DNA of 62,889 nt, filler included, from Chiloscyllium plagiosum (lineage: Eukaryota): the NCBI RefSeq assembly GCF_004010195.1. It is 5 parts of one record of this genome, joined end to end, with 100 filler letters (N's around TTAATTAATTAA, not from the genome) between each part and the next. Parts side by side here need not be neighbours in the genome. Positions count along the whole stretch, not along the records: positions 1 to 15,516 come from NC_057711.1; positions 15,617 to 34,924 come from NC_057711.1; 3 more parts are not named here. The stretch is one strand, 5' to 3'. How positions within the stretch are numbered: position 1 is the first letter of the stretch; each line of letters opens with the position of its first letter. This document shows, one piece after another, positions 13,239-26,164 of the stretch. The translations under genes were made by a program, and so were the position numbers. The notes beneath the pieces are model-generated. The model was not told the DNA's origin. It saw nothing but the letters and a program-made list of their open reading frames with translations, and made no database searches.

Positions 13239-14730
13239 TTTTTTTTTAAAGATATTTTTATTAGAAATTTAACATTTTTACAAGTTTACAAAAATAAACA
13301 AAACTCTCAGATATAAACATTGATATACAATTAGCTCAAATATACAATAGCCAAAATTTGACAAAAAAAACAAAACAACAAAAAAAACCGAAAAGAAAAA
13401 AAAAACAAACAAACAAAACTCAACTATCTACTAATCTAACCTACAACTAACCAGGGTGTATATTTAAGTCTCTTACATGCTCGGGATGTGTTAGCATCAG
13501 ATATAATAAAACCCGTATTCGTGCGGGATTCCTCCCCCGAGGGGCCCCGGACCAGCCAGGTTTGTAATCTCAATTAAATAAAAGCCCTTGTTAGGATAGC
13601 CGAAATATCTGTATTTATATAATTCAAAAAGGGCTGCCATATTTTATAAAATAATTCGGTCTTTCGGTACACCATATTTGTAAGGAAGTCAAGGGGAATA
13701 CATTCCATAATTAGTCTGTGCCAATTTGAAAGTCCAGGGGGGCCCTCAGCCACCCAGTTTACCAAAATATTTTTCCTTGCACAGAAAGAAAGAATAGAAA
13801 ATAGTCTCTTCCCGTACGTGTCCAGGGAGGGAAAGTTCGAAAACCCAAGAGGAGAGATGCAGGGTCCACTTTAATTTCCGTTCCTAAAACTTCTGTCAGG
13901 GTACTTGCTACTTTAGTCCAATATCTACGGATCTTATGACAGGTCCATAAGCAATGTACAAGAGTGCCCACCTCTATTTTGCATTTAGGACACATTGGAG
14001 ATGCTCCTGCCTTAAATTTTGCCAATCGAACCGGTGCTATATGGGACCTATGAAGTATCTTCAGCTGGATAGCCTGGGTTCTGTTACAAATAGTAATTCT
14101 TCTAGCATTTTCCCAGATATCATTCCACGTTTCTGTGGAGATTTCTAGTCCCAGATCCTGATCCCATGTTTTAAGCAGATAATCCATATCTCCCGATACT
14201 TCATCATGTAGTAAATGATAAATATTACTGACGGAAGATACCCCCACTGGCCGTAGGACACTACATTCTCTATCGGATTTACAAAGACTATCTAATAACG
14301 TAGTCTTCTTCTGTATAAAATCTAGAATTTGGAAGTATCGAAAGAGGTCTCCATTGGGTAATCCGAATTTCTGACGCAGCTGTCCGAAAGACATCAGGAC
14401 CCCATCCTTAAATAAATCCCCGAGACATGAGATACCCCTGGATCTCCAGAGTTTAAAAGTGGCATCTGTTAACCCCGGTTGGAATCCCCATGCTCCCACT
14501 ATCGGTGCATAGGGGGATGTTTTATGTGAATTACCCTCATTTTGCCGCATTATATTCCAAGCCTTGATTGTATTCAGTATTATAGGGTTTTTACAGTGAT
14601 CTGTAATGATTTTCCTCTTGTCTGAGAATAAAAGGTTAATAAGTGGGTATTTGACTTGAGAAGCCTCGATGTCCAACCAGATTGAATGTGGATCAGACAA
14701 GACCCAATCAGCTATATAACTTAATAGGGA
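13239..14730 (-). mobile_element. L1/Tx1-clade LINE, 5'-truncated (ORF2 C-terminus, 3' UTR, poly(A))
   Basis: ORFs 13759-14700 and 13574-13765 (frameshifted) contain GISCLGDLF, QLKILHR and the CCHC motif CPKCKIEVGTLVHCLWTC; minus-strand AATAAA and A-tail at 13239-13262. Confidence 0.9.
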
Positions 14731-15616
14731 ACCATCTGTTTATTTTTAAGGTGCAATCATTATGAACTTAAAAGCAAAAATTATATCTTTCATATTCTAG
14801 ATTGGGATTTGGAAAGTGGAACCTTACATGGACAAGATATGTTGTTGATGACTTTACCTGCTTTGTGAACCACCGTTTTATCACTATGCTATTTTTAGTC
14901 AATGCATCCTACTGACTCCACCTATTCTATCACTGTTCAGAAAGCCATGCAGTTATACTGTTAGCTTCAAAGCTAATATTGCTGCTATGGTAATGTATAC
15001 TTAACTATCTTGAAGATGAAAACACAGTTAAACAAACATGGAAAACAATTTAATAGGACATTCACTGAAAGTTACATTAAAAAGGTCTCTGATAAATGAT
15101 ACTGCCAGCAATGAATCATCATCCTGACAAGTAAGCTTTCTGGTTCACACTATCTAGCCTCAAATTTGTCAGAGCATTGACTGACTGGGTTATCCAATCT
15201 TTCACTATACTGTACCACTGGATCATTTCCAGAGGACATTTCTACATACATTTACCTTTTGTGAGCAAACTTGGCATTGATCCATGTAACACAGGATTAT
15301 TTCTCTGTGCAGCAATTCAAAATCTGGATCCAAATTTGCATCTTTTACTTTCAAAGCACTCACTTGCAAAATGCTCCTCTGTATGACATAGTCACCGTGA
15401 CCCTATGCACTGTTCAATGAGATGGACAATGCAAATAATCTATCAGGAATGTAGAGCTGGAGTTCAATTTTGCTGGCCCTTGCTCACTTTCTGAGCAGGA
15501 AGGGCTGAAGCAATATNNNNNNNNNNNNNNNNNNNNNNNNNNNNNNNNNNNNNNNNNNNNTTAATTAATTAANNNNNNNNNNNNNNNNNNNNNNNNNNNN
15601 NNNNNNNNNNNNNNNN

Positions 15617-16025
15617 TATAAGATGATCAGAGGACTAGATAGAGTAGACAGTCAGAAACTTTTTCCCCGGGTACAACAGAGTGTTACCAGGGGACATAAA
15701 TTTAGGTGAAGGGTGGAAGGTATAGGGGAGATGTCAGGGGTGGGTTCTTTACCTAGAGAGTGGTGGGGACATGGAATGCGCTGCCTGTGGGAGTGGTAGA
15801 GTCAGAATCTTTGGTGACCTTTAAGCGGCAATTGGATAGGTACATGGATGGGTGCTTAAGCTAGGACAAATGTTCGGCACAACATCGTGGGCCGAAGGGC
15901 CTGTTGTGTGCTATATTGTTCGATGTTCTGTGTTCTATGTTCAGTTTGGGATGATGGTCAGCATGAATTAGTTGGACTGAAGGATCTGTTTCCATGCTAG
16001 ATAATACTGATTCTGACTCTGACTC
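15617..16025 (+). mobile_element. CR1 LINE 3' ends (two subfamily tails adjacent)
   Basis: YKMIRGLDRVD..TRGHKF motif; 3' ends gggccgaagggcctgttgtgtgct and gactgaaggatctgtttccatgct. Confidence 0.85.
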
Positions 16026-16627
16026 ACTTCTCAGAAAGCAGGACAAACTAACTAATACCACTTAAGGAACTTAGTAGATCTTGCTCAATACCATAAATGT
16101 GGGAAGGTAGCAGGTAAGCCATTCTGATCATTTTATGAATGATGTTAAACCAGATCCTGGGTGAGGTTTCCCAAGTTATTATGGGTCCAAAATTGTCAAA
16201 GCTTCCAGGTTTATTCACCCATGCTTCTTTATACACCCAGCCTCTTGATTGTTTGCAAGAAGGTTAATTTACAAAGGGTCCCTCTCTTGCGCATATCTTT
16301 CTTCCAGAGTATAAAATGCTATTTTTAAAATAAGCCGATTAAACTAGGCTTTCATGAGTTTACAAAAGAATAAATTTATTAGATAGTAAAACAGGAAAAA
16401 TAATAGTACAACACATACACACAGATCAGAAGTAAGAAGGAAGTCCAAAACGAAACGTCAGAAGATCTACAGGTCAGTCTCAGAATTGTTGATGAATAGA
16501 GCTAATGGAACATTGGTAACTGAGCAATCAATTTTAATATTCTGGGCTTTGTAGGCTAATTGAAATTCTTTATTCCTGTTTTTTTTTGGCGGTGGCTGAC
16601 TGGCTTTTAGCACTTGCTAAAACACAT

Positions 16628-16712
16628 CCATGACCCACAACCATGACCCACAACCATGACCCACATCCATGACCCACATCCATGACCCACAACCATGACC
16701 CACAACCATGAC
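16628..16712 (+). repeat. 13-bp minisatellite (ccatgacccaca[a/t]) x ~6.5
   Basis: Directly visible tandem array. Confidence 0.92.
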
Positions 16713-16998
16713 CATCCAGAAGGATGAGGGCAGTACACACACAGGAGCATCGCAAGCTGAATGTTCACCTCCATGCTACTCAGCATCCTGATTTGGAGAT
16801 ACATTGCTGTTCCTTCACTTTCACTGGGTCAAAATCCTGGAATTGTTTCCCCAACAACACTGTGGGGATACCTACACCAAATGAACAGTAACAGTTTAAA
16901 CAAGCAGCTCACCACCACCACAAGATCATGGGTAATTAGGGATGGGAAATAAAGGCTTGCCCAACCAGCATTGTTCGCATCCCGCATGGAATAATTTT
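16706..16998 (+). mobile_element. L2/CR1-group LINE 3' end
   Basis: Aligns by eye with 39230-39515 (ccatctagaagg...cttggaaatatat..ccttcact..caaaatcctggaatt...gggaaataaa...cacatccc). Confidence 0.75.
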
Positions 16999-17767
16999 TT
17001 AAAAAAACTTCTGAGCAAAAGAATCCTTTACCTACAATGCAGGGCTGAGTTGTGGTGGTTCTTCGGCTGTGATCTTCATAGCGTACTACAGCTTGAGCCC
17101 ACCGTAGTACACGTGAGTGCACACAGGAGCACCTTGGTTCAAAAGAGCATTTTCTTTCATTAGAATTGGCATTTAACCTTTGCTCTTGCATTTCCCTGAA
17201 AGGGGAAATCACAAAGCATGCCTCTTGCCCATATTATTGTATTTTCTCCCATCATTTCTACAGTCCCAGGTAACCCTCCCCCCTCCCCCCCCAGAAAATT
17301 ATAATTTAGTTTGTAATGCATTTCTCTTTTAAATCCATCCTTTTGAAACTTCTTTGACACTTTATTAGATGTGACATTCGACAATGTCTCACTTCAGGCA
17401 GCCATTGGATGTACAAGCATCACTTTGGCTAAATTCCAAAAACACATGTTGTAATGATAAATTCAATGCGTCTATAAGTGATAGAGTCATAGAGATGTAC
17501 AGCATGGAAACACACCCTTCAGTCCAACCCATCCATGCCGGCCTGTTGTATCTGGGATTATGATCTATAGTCACGTCAGTGATGACCCAAGAAAACTCTG
17601 TCTATAGAATTTGCAGCACAGAAAAATGTCATAATACAGAGGTGAATTTGGAAAAATAGTATAAGAAGGCCAGCTGGAGAAAGTGACACAAAGTTACTAG
17701 GCAAAATATTGGGAAAATGAAAAATCATTAATCAATACATAAAATGTAAGAACATAGATAGAGGAAT

Positions 17768-17956
17768 GATTAGATTACCTATAGTGTGGAAACAGGCCCT
17801 TCGGCCCAACAAGTCCACACTTATCCTCCGAAGAGCAACCCACCCAGGGTTGCACCTAACACTACAGGCAATTTAGCATGGCCAATTCACCTAACCTGCA
17901 CATCTTTGGAAGGAAACCCACGCAGACACGGGAAGATTGTGCAAACTCCATACAGA
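17768..17956 (-). mobile_element. HE1-type SINE, internally deleted
   Basis: Reverse complement of the HE1 V-domain and 3' end (gattagattac, ggaaacaggcccttcggcccaacaagtccacac). Confidence 0.85.
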
Positions 17957-18199
17957 TCGAAGGGTCTGTTTCCATGCTGTGCATCTCTATGACTCTAATA
18001 CTCAGAGATATTTGGACTCCTTCAATTTTGATTCTGAATGATGACTGTCTTGACCTGCCAATTCCCAAAACACTGGAATTACAGTCTCTCTTTCCTCCTT
18101 AACACTTACATTTATTTCAAATGTGGCTCAATGTCAGACTTTGATTTATAATGTTCCCATTAGTGTTTGGAACATTTTAATATCAGAAAATCATTACAG

Positions 18200-18665
18200 A
18201 AAAGATTCGTAAGGTTTTAGTCGGGATTGGGGGGTTTGAACTTTAGGGAGAGGATGAATATGCTGGGGCTATTTTCCCTGGAGTGTTGGATGCTGAAGGT
18301 GTAGCCTTATAGAAGTTTATAAAATCATGAGGGGCATAGAGAGGGTAAATAGCCAAGGGTAGGGGAGTCCAAAACTAGAGGGCAAAAGTTTAAGGTGAGA
18401 GGGGAAAGATTTAAAATGGATCTAAAGGGCAACTTGTTCACGCAGAAGGTGGTGGTGTTTGTATTGAACTGCCAGGAGAAGTGGTGGAAGCTGATACAAT
18501 TACAACATTTAAAAGCCATCTGGATGGATATATGAATAGGAAGGGTTTAGAGAGATATGACCAAGTGCTGGCAAATGAGACTAGGTTAAATTCAGATATC
18601 TGCTCAGCATGGGCAAGTTGAACCCAAAGGGTCTATTTTTGTGCTGTCCATCTCTATGACTCTAT
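18200..18665 (+). mobile_element. CR1 LINE 3' fragment
   Basis: EVYKIMRG..TRGQKFKVRG..FTQKVV; tail ctctatgactctat. Confidence 0.87.
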
Positions 18666-19889
18666 AGAAGCACCAGTTGCTTTTGTTGTAAAATTCTGTC
18701 AGTAAGAGAAGTTACAAATTTCTGGTTGGCAAATTTTGAAAGGGAAGTGTTTCCTTGTTCAAAAACATTTTCAGTATATAGACTAGTTTTACAAGTAGCA
18801 AAAATGGATAAGCTAAGATGGGATGAACAACTTTCTTCTTCCATATTGTTTTGTGATCTTGTTCTGAAAAAACAATCATTGTAAAGTTAGTCCTGGTAAT
18901 AATGATGAGTGTGTTGGTGAACCAACAGTGAGAGCTGCTTAGCACTCTGTCAACAGAAACCTCATGCTTCAAGTGAACTAGAGTAAGAAATTTCTGGTGA
19001 CATGTAACAACAAGCAGGAGAATGAGCTGAAACTGAAACAAGCAAATCCTGGCACAACAACAAACAGCTATTAAAGATAAGCCAGCAGCAGACTAGCCCC
19101 ATGTGATCTCCACACGGCAGGTGGCTGACGGATATATGTGAAGTGAGCCTTATTATCTTGGGGCTAAAGGTCCTTAAAATCAATTTGTGCTGCAACTTAT
19201 AAAGGTCATTACCAGACTATGAATTTCTTTGCCTAGTTTAAATGCATTTAGATTAAGTGGTCTGTTTAATAAATGTGATTGGTAAGAAAAACTGAAAATG
19301 AGTATAGTATATTGTGCATTTAATCATTTTGCTAACTCCTCTGTGTTGTTTTTACCTCATTTAAACAGATACATTGGTTTTGATATTAATCCAGAGGTGG
19401 GGGGAGGTGCAGAGGATTCTCAGAAAAAGCTGAAAAACCCCTTGAGCCCAAGGACAAGTAAGTGCTGACAAACTCCCGCAGCAGCAACAGCATTTTATAT
19501 TTTTTTCCTTCCCTTTCGTGCCTGGCAGCCTGCCAAATTGACGGGCTGGCCAGCTGGCAGCTTGGAAAATTAATGGGAAGAGGCCTCAGTGAGGGATCCT
19601 GATAATCAGGCATCACAAAACTCAATGCCATAAAAATGGCAACGGATGTACATCTGAAGCGTTGGGGTTACTTTCCCTCTTGTCATTTTTAATCCCTCCT
19701 GATCCTCCCACATCCTTTGTGGAGGGTTAATATCAAGGTCAACACTTTCTGCTTAAATCCTATTTAGCTTTTCAAATATTAAACCTTTTTATGGGAGGAC
19801 ATTTGGCTAGTACATGAGTAAGGACGGTTCAGAGGGATATGCAGGCAAATGGGCCTAATTTAGTTTAGGAAACCTGGTTGGAATGGATG

Positions 19890-21282
19890 AACATAGAACA
19901 TTGAAAAAATACAGCACAGTACAGGCCCTTTGGCCCTCGATGTTGCGCCAATCCAAGCCCACCTAACCTACACTAGCCCACTATCCTCCATATGCCTATC
20001 CAATGCCTGTTTAAATGCCCATAAAGAGGGAGAGTCCACCACTGCTACTGGCAGGGCATTCCATGAACTCACGACTCGCTGAGTAAAGAATCTACCCCTA
20101 ACATCTGTCCTATACCTACCACCCCTTAATTTAAAGCTATGCCCCCTCGTAATAGCTGACTCCATACGTGGAAAAGGATTGGCTAACCGGTCAACTTCTG
20201 CTGGGTTTAATGTTGGGACCACAACTATCATGCTCTATCTTAACGATCTGGATGAAGGGACTGAGGGCATCGTTGTTAAGTTTGCAGATGGCACAAAGAT
20301 AGGTGGAGGGACAGGTAGTGTTGAGGGAGCGGGGAGGATGCAGAAGCATTGAACAGGCCTCCACATCCTTCCTATAGCATGGCGACCAAAACTGCACACA
20401 ATACTCCAGATGCGGCCGCACCAGAGTCTTATACAACTGCAACATGACCTCAGGGCTCCGGAACTCAATTCCTCTTCTGGGCAGCACGGTGGCACAGTGG
20501 TTAGCACTGCTGCCTCACAGCGCCAGAGACCCGGGTTCAATTCCCGACTCAGGCGACTGACTGTGTGGAGTTTGCACGTTCTCCCCATGTCTGCGTGGGT
20601 TTCCTCCGGTTTCCTCCCATGTGCAGGTTAGGTGAATTGGCCATGCTAAATTGTTACGTAAAGGGGTAAATGTAGGGTAATGGGTGGGTTGCGCTTTGGC
20701 GGGTCAGTGTGGACTTGTTGGGCTGAAGGGCCTGTTTCCACACTGTAAGTAATCTAATCTAATCTAATCTAAAAGCCAGTACGCCATATGCCTTCTTCAC
20801 CGCACTATTTACCTGGGTGGCAACTTTCAGATATCTGTGTACATGGACACCAAGATCCCTCTGCTCATCCACACTACCAAGTATCCGACCATTAGCCCAG
20901 TATCCTGTCTTTTTGTTACTCTTACCAAAGTGAATCACCTCACACTTACCTACATTGAACTCCATTTGCCACCTTTCTGCCCAGCTCTGCAACTTAATAT
21001 ATCCCGCTGTAACCTGACACATCCTTCCTCACTGTCAACAACTCCACCGACTTTCGTATCATCCGCAAACTTGCTCACCCAACCTTCTAGCCCCTCCTCC
21101 AGGTCATTTATAAAAATGACAAACAGCAATGGTCCCAAAACAGATCCTTGCGGAACACCACTAGTAACTGCACTCTAAGATGAACCTTTACCATGAATTA
21201 CTACCCTCTGTCTTCTTCCAGCCAGCCAATTCCTAATCCAAACCTCCAACTCACCCTCAATGCCATACCTCCGTATTTTTTT
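19890..21282 (-). mobile_element. CR1 LINE nested in an older plus-strand CR1 3' end (19785-19889 / 21283-21325)
   Basis: [49 protein letters not shown]; tail (ttctatg)n at 19890. Confidence 0.9.
20479..20771 (+). mobile_element. HE1-type V-SINE inserted in CR1
   Basis: gggcagcacggtggcacagtggttagc head, B box gggttcaattcc, (TAATC)n tail. Confidence 0.92.
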
Positions 21283-22841
21283 AACTGGAGGTTCTGTTTC
21301 CATGCTGTATGACTCTATAACCCTGTGTTTCTATAAGTTACTCTTAAATGGCAGAAACACAATTGCCAACACAGATCTTGCTTTCAGTTTGTCAAACAGC
21401 AGTCTGAATTTTACCAAAAGTTGACTAAGTGTCAATTTTGGAGTTTCATAGAGGTGTTCTCTGTGAACTCTAGCGTGTTTTCTCAAGTGATTCTCCACCT
21501 CATTAGCTATGCACCATGCCTCAATGGTGTCCTGCTCATGTTACCATTCACTCAGCAGTAGCAGAAACTCTCATCACTGCTGGGATTTGTTGTGCCAGCA
21601 CCCGAGCTGCCCTTAACATTGCACATGTTTGGATTGGAACAAGAAAGGAAAGTGTCTGAGGACACTTAGGGGGCCAGGGACATCACAAATACAGATGCAC
21701 ATTCATGAATGTTTTACTATTTCACATTATCAATTACCTGATTGACTTTATTGTAACTGCAGCTCCACGTTGGACTAGGTATCCTTCAATTGTCTAATCT
21801 TAGAAATCTGTCCAAGGGAGAGCTACTCTTTTCCTAACACGACATTACATTACATTGTCTTATCATTCATTGTGGGAGCATTCCATACTGGGAAGCCTTC
21901 AATAGGCTGAAAACTTATATTCAACAGTGGCAAAAGTGAAGAAGAAACAAACAACAAAAAGTTATGTTTGAGTCAACTAAACAGCCCTAGAGGACAATTG
22001 ACCAGATCCCTGACTTATTGTTGTGCAGCTTCCTGACTGAATTCTTGTACCTATCCAGACTGATTGTAGCCCACTGATTGGACTACTGATTGTAGCCCAC
22101 TGCACAGACCATAAAGAATCTCTGACTCTGATCAGCACAAATGGCCGAATGACCATGTTCAACCCTGGGCTAACAATGTACATTACCCTTGACTTACTGA
22201 GACCCGACTTTCTGACTCAAAGCTGTTCCCCTTAGCCTGACTGAGGACGAACCACTTTAACCTTTGAAGCATGACCATTTGGTTGAGGTGCAAAGTAAGA
22301 ATGCAGTGTTTTTATTGTGTAAGTTACTGGCGCTTGGTAAAAATGTAACAATGACATAGCACAGTTGTATACAGTGACGTGTCCACTCCCATGATTAATC
22401 ACTGCTATCAACCACAACAAGATGCCTGGTTATATACATGCCAAAAGGCAAAGCAAGAAGACAGAAGTAAAGTTCTGGATGAGTTCAAACGGGCAAGAAC
22501 GGTAGAGACACAGAGAGTATCCAAGTAGGTGCACAGTGAACAGGCAAGTAAGGAGCCATGAGGTGCACCCTGATCCAATCGTATACCTATGCGCAAAGTG
22601 CCCTGTCAGCAGCATTACTATAAAAGGTGCCAATGTGCAAGTGTAGCAGTGAAGGGAAGATTTGTATTGTAAACTGGTCAAAGTTGGATCATGATTATCC
22701 AGTGAGTCTTGTACATATCCAGTGCCAACTTCCATGGGTGAGGAGAGCAGGTTTTGTTGGGACAGAACCCACAGTGCGTACAGTGGGATGGTGGTAACTG
22801 CTGTCCAGGATGGATGTCTGGAGGAGCAAGTCATTAAGGTA

Positions 22842-24718
22842 TAGAATCATACAGCACTGAAACAGACCTTTCGACCCAACTTGTCAATGCTGAGCAGGTT
22901 TCCCAAACTAACTAATATCATTTGCCTACATTTGGCCTATATCCCTCTACACCTTTCCTATTCATGTAGCTGTCCAAATATCTTTTAAATTTTGTAACTG
23001 TATCTGCATCGACCTCTTCCTCTGGCAGTTCATTCCACATTCGAACCATCATTTGTTAGGAAAATTTTGCCCCTCAGGTTCCTTTTAAATCTTTCTCCTC
23101 TTACCTTAAAATCATGCCTTTTAATTTTGGACTCCCCTACCCTCGGGAAAGACCTTTGTTATTCACCTTATCTATACCCCTCGTGAGTTTATAAACCTCT
23201 ATAAGGTCACCCCTTAACCTCCTACACTCCAGTGAAAAGAGTCCTAGCCTATTTAGCCTTGAAACTCTAAACCTTCAGTCCCAACAACATCCTTGTGAAT
23301 CTTTTTTGCGCCCTCTGATCTAGAAGAAGGCACTGTTGGTATGATCAGCAAGTTTGCAGATGACACAAAGATTGGTGGAGTAGCAGAAAGCATAAGGGAC
23401 TGTCAGAGAGTATAGGAGGATATAGATAGACTGGAGAGTTGAGCGGAAAAGTGGCAGATGGCTTTCAATCCAGACAAATGTGAGGTGATGTATTTAGGCA
23501 AGTCTAACTCTAGAACAAATTATACAATGAATGGAAGAGCCTTGGGAAAAGTTGATGGGCAGAGAGATGTGAGAGTGCAGGTCCATTGTACCCTGAAGAT
23601 TGCTGCACAGGTGGATAGACTGGTTAAGAAGGCAGATAGTATGCCTGCCTTCATTGGAAGGGGTATTGAGTATAAGAGCTGGCAAGTCATGTTAAAATTG
23701 TACAAGACATTGGTTCGGCCGCATTTAGAATACTGTGTACAGTTCTGGTCGCCACATTACCAAAAGGATGTGGACTCTTTGGAGAGAGTGCAGAGAAGGT
23801 TTACGAAGATGTTGCCTCGTATGGAAGGTGCTGGCTATGAAGAGAGATTGAGTAGGTTAGGTTTATTTTCACTAGAAAAATGGAGATTGAGGGGGGACCT
23901 GACTGAGGTTTACAAAATCATGAAGGGTATAGACAGGGTGGATAGAGACAAAGTTTTTCCCAGGGTGAAGGATTTAATAACAAGAGGTCAGGCTTTCAAG
24001 GTGGAAAGTTTAAGGGGGATACACGCGGCAAGTACTTCACAGAGAGGGTTGTGGGCATTGGAACGCGTTGCCAGCAGAGGTGGTAGAGGCAGGCACAGTA
24101 GATTCATTTAAGATGCGTCTGGACAGATGCATGAGTAGGTGGGGTGTAGAGGGATACAAATGCTTAGGAATTGGGCGACAGATGTAGACAGTACATTTGG
24201 ATCGGCTCAGGCTTGGAGGGCCGAAGGGCCTGTTCCTGGGCTGTAAATTTTCTTTGTTCTTTGTTCTCTTCAATTTAATAACATCCTTCCTATAGCAGGG
24301 AGATCAGAATTGTACGCAGTAATTCGAAAGTGGCCTAACCGATGCCCTGTACGACTGCAACATGACATCCCAATCCTATACCCAATGTTTTGAACATTGA
24401 AGGCAAGTGTGCCAAAAACCTTCTTCACCACCCTGTCGACCTGTGGTGCAACAGTCAAACAGCTATGCACCTGAACTCCAAGATCTCTGTGCTTAACAAC
24501 ACTCTCCAGAGTCCTACCTCTTACTGTGTAACTCCTGCCCTGGTCATCTTACCAAAATGCAACACCTTGCACTTATCTAAAATAAACTCCACCTGCCACT
24601 CCTTGGCACATTGACCCAATTTATCATGATCCTTTTGTACTCTTAGATTAACTTTCCTCACTGTCCACTATACCACCAACTTTGGTGTCATCTACAACCT
24701 TACTAAGCATGCATTCTG
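22842..24718 (-). mobile_element. CR1 LINE split by a nested CR1 (pieces 22842-23316 and 24270-24718)
   Basis: Minus-strand CR1 3' sequence stops at ...gcgccctct and resumes at ..cttcaatttaataacatcc. Confidence 0.85.
23317..24269 (+). mobile_element. Younger CR1 LINE, 5'-truncated
   Basis: ORF 23458-24111 (FNPDKCEVM, RPHLEYCVQFWSP, LERVQRRFTKM) with upstream SKFADDTK; tail (ttctttg)n. Confidence 0.92.
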
Positions 24719-24775
24719 TAGTAATGAATTGGAGCTACTAAGCTCCCTTTCTAGCTTTCAAGTCAGGAATTGTCA

Positions 24776-24900
24776 TGTCGGAAGGGTCACTGGATCCAAA
24801 ACACTAACTCTGATTTCTCTCCACAGATGCTGCGGACCTGCTGAGCTTTTCCAGAAATTTCTGTTTCTGTTTTTGATTTACAGCATCCTCAGATTTTCAA
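24776..24900 (+). mobile_element. PLE-type terminal fragment, second family, decayed hammerhead-like core
   Basis: ggaagggtcactggatccaaaac...cagatgctgcggacctgctgagc; direct repeat gaattgtca at 24767-24775 and 24901-24909. Confidence 0.7.
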
Positions 24901-25504
24901 GAATTGTCACTATCTACTTTTTATCCAGTGCATGGGAGAATAGGAAACTGCATATCAATGAGGTGAGATTAGGCACTAATAGAATGCAAATACACACAAA
25001 CAGGCCTCTTGACACTTAGAGTGAAATTCTTGTCTTATTGTTCAAAATTTAGTTGCAAAATGGAACATTTTCTTCTCAATATTAAGAATCTCATTCACTG
25101 ATTTTGTCAAATTTTCCCATCTGACTCATCGTTCCCAGTCGTGTGGGGGCTGGAACGATGCCTCTGTGTGAATATTACATAGAACACAACATTTGAAAAT
25201 ACAAATGAAGGAAAATATTTGCTGTGTAGCCAGCATCAGCTTTATCAATGTGGGTGAGTAAAGGGGCCATTCCTTGCAACTGCTTCAATTTGTGATATTT
25301 TACAGATTAAAATTACAGCAGCATGCAAAACTCCTTGGTGTAACATCAACTGATTTTGTCCACTCTACTGTCCAAATGCTAATCCATAATCCACCAGCTG
25401 CATGGTTGGTTCCAAGGCATATGATAGACAATGGTAATTCTTTTCTCATTCACCAACTGGCTGACTGAATTTCCTGGACACTACATGGTACAGTCAGCTA
25501 GGCA

Positions 25505-25693
25505 GAAATGGATACTACAGATGCTGGAGATTAGAGTCAAGATTAGAGTGGCGCTGGAAAAGCACAGCAGGTCAGGCAGCATCCGAGGAGCAGGAAAATC
25601 AATGTTTCAGGTTTTGCCTGAAATGTCAATTTTCCTGCTCCTCAGATACTGCCTGACCTGCTATGCTTTTCCAGTGCCTCACTAATCTTGACT
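25505..25693. mobile_element. Hairpin PLE-type element
   Basis: ~75-bp imperfect inverted arms 25535-25693 centred on tttcaggttttgcctgaaa, plus a ~30-nt one-sided extension. Confidence 0.82.
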
Positions 25694-25769
25694 ATGTGGT
25701 ACATTACCAATTGTGAGTGGTTTTCTTTCAAATCTATCACTTTATCTGAAAGGCAGGCAGATGGGATAT

Positions 25770-26060
25770 TATGGAATCCCTCTGAAGACTCCCCTATCCA
25801 GACCCATTCTCCTACCCCTATTATTCTCCATTTCTCCTGACCAAGCCTACACATCCCTGAAAACAATGGGCAATTTAGTATGGCCAATTCACCTAACCTG
25901 CACATCTTTGGACAATGGGAAGAAACCAAAGCACCTGGAGGAAACCCACGCAGACACAGGGAGAATGTGCATATCCACACAGTCACCCAAGGCTAGAATC
26001 AAACCCGAGTCCCTGGCACTGTGAGGCAGCAGTGCTAACCACTGAGCCACCGTGCCACCC
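25770..26060 (-). mobile_element. HE1-type V-SINE
   Basis: Reverse complement of head gggtggcacggtggctcagtggttagcactgctgcc and V domain. Confidence 0.9.
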
Positions 26061-26164
26061 TCAATGGGATTATAGTTGACTGTTTCAATGAGAAGTGTGA
26101 ATATTTAATACTTTAGTTATTTATTCTTTTACAGTAATCCTGCTGTAGTTTATGACTATATTTA

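Noticed and set aside
15517..15616. TTAATTAATTAA palindrome centred in ~100-N gaps (also ~34969, ~46734, ~60578)
   Set aside because: Identical 12-mer with stops in all six frames placed mid-gap: an artificial contig-join linker, not biology
16570..16804. Repetitive GHGCGSWLWVMVV ORFs, superficially like a short array
   Set aside because: Translation of a 13-bp minisatellite; no spacers, so not CRISPR, and the context is eukaryotic
22059..22102. Short direct repeat actgattgtagcccactg x2 (also 10-mer repeats at 32513-32542)
   Set aside because: Ordinary local slippage duplications with no further structure
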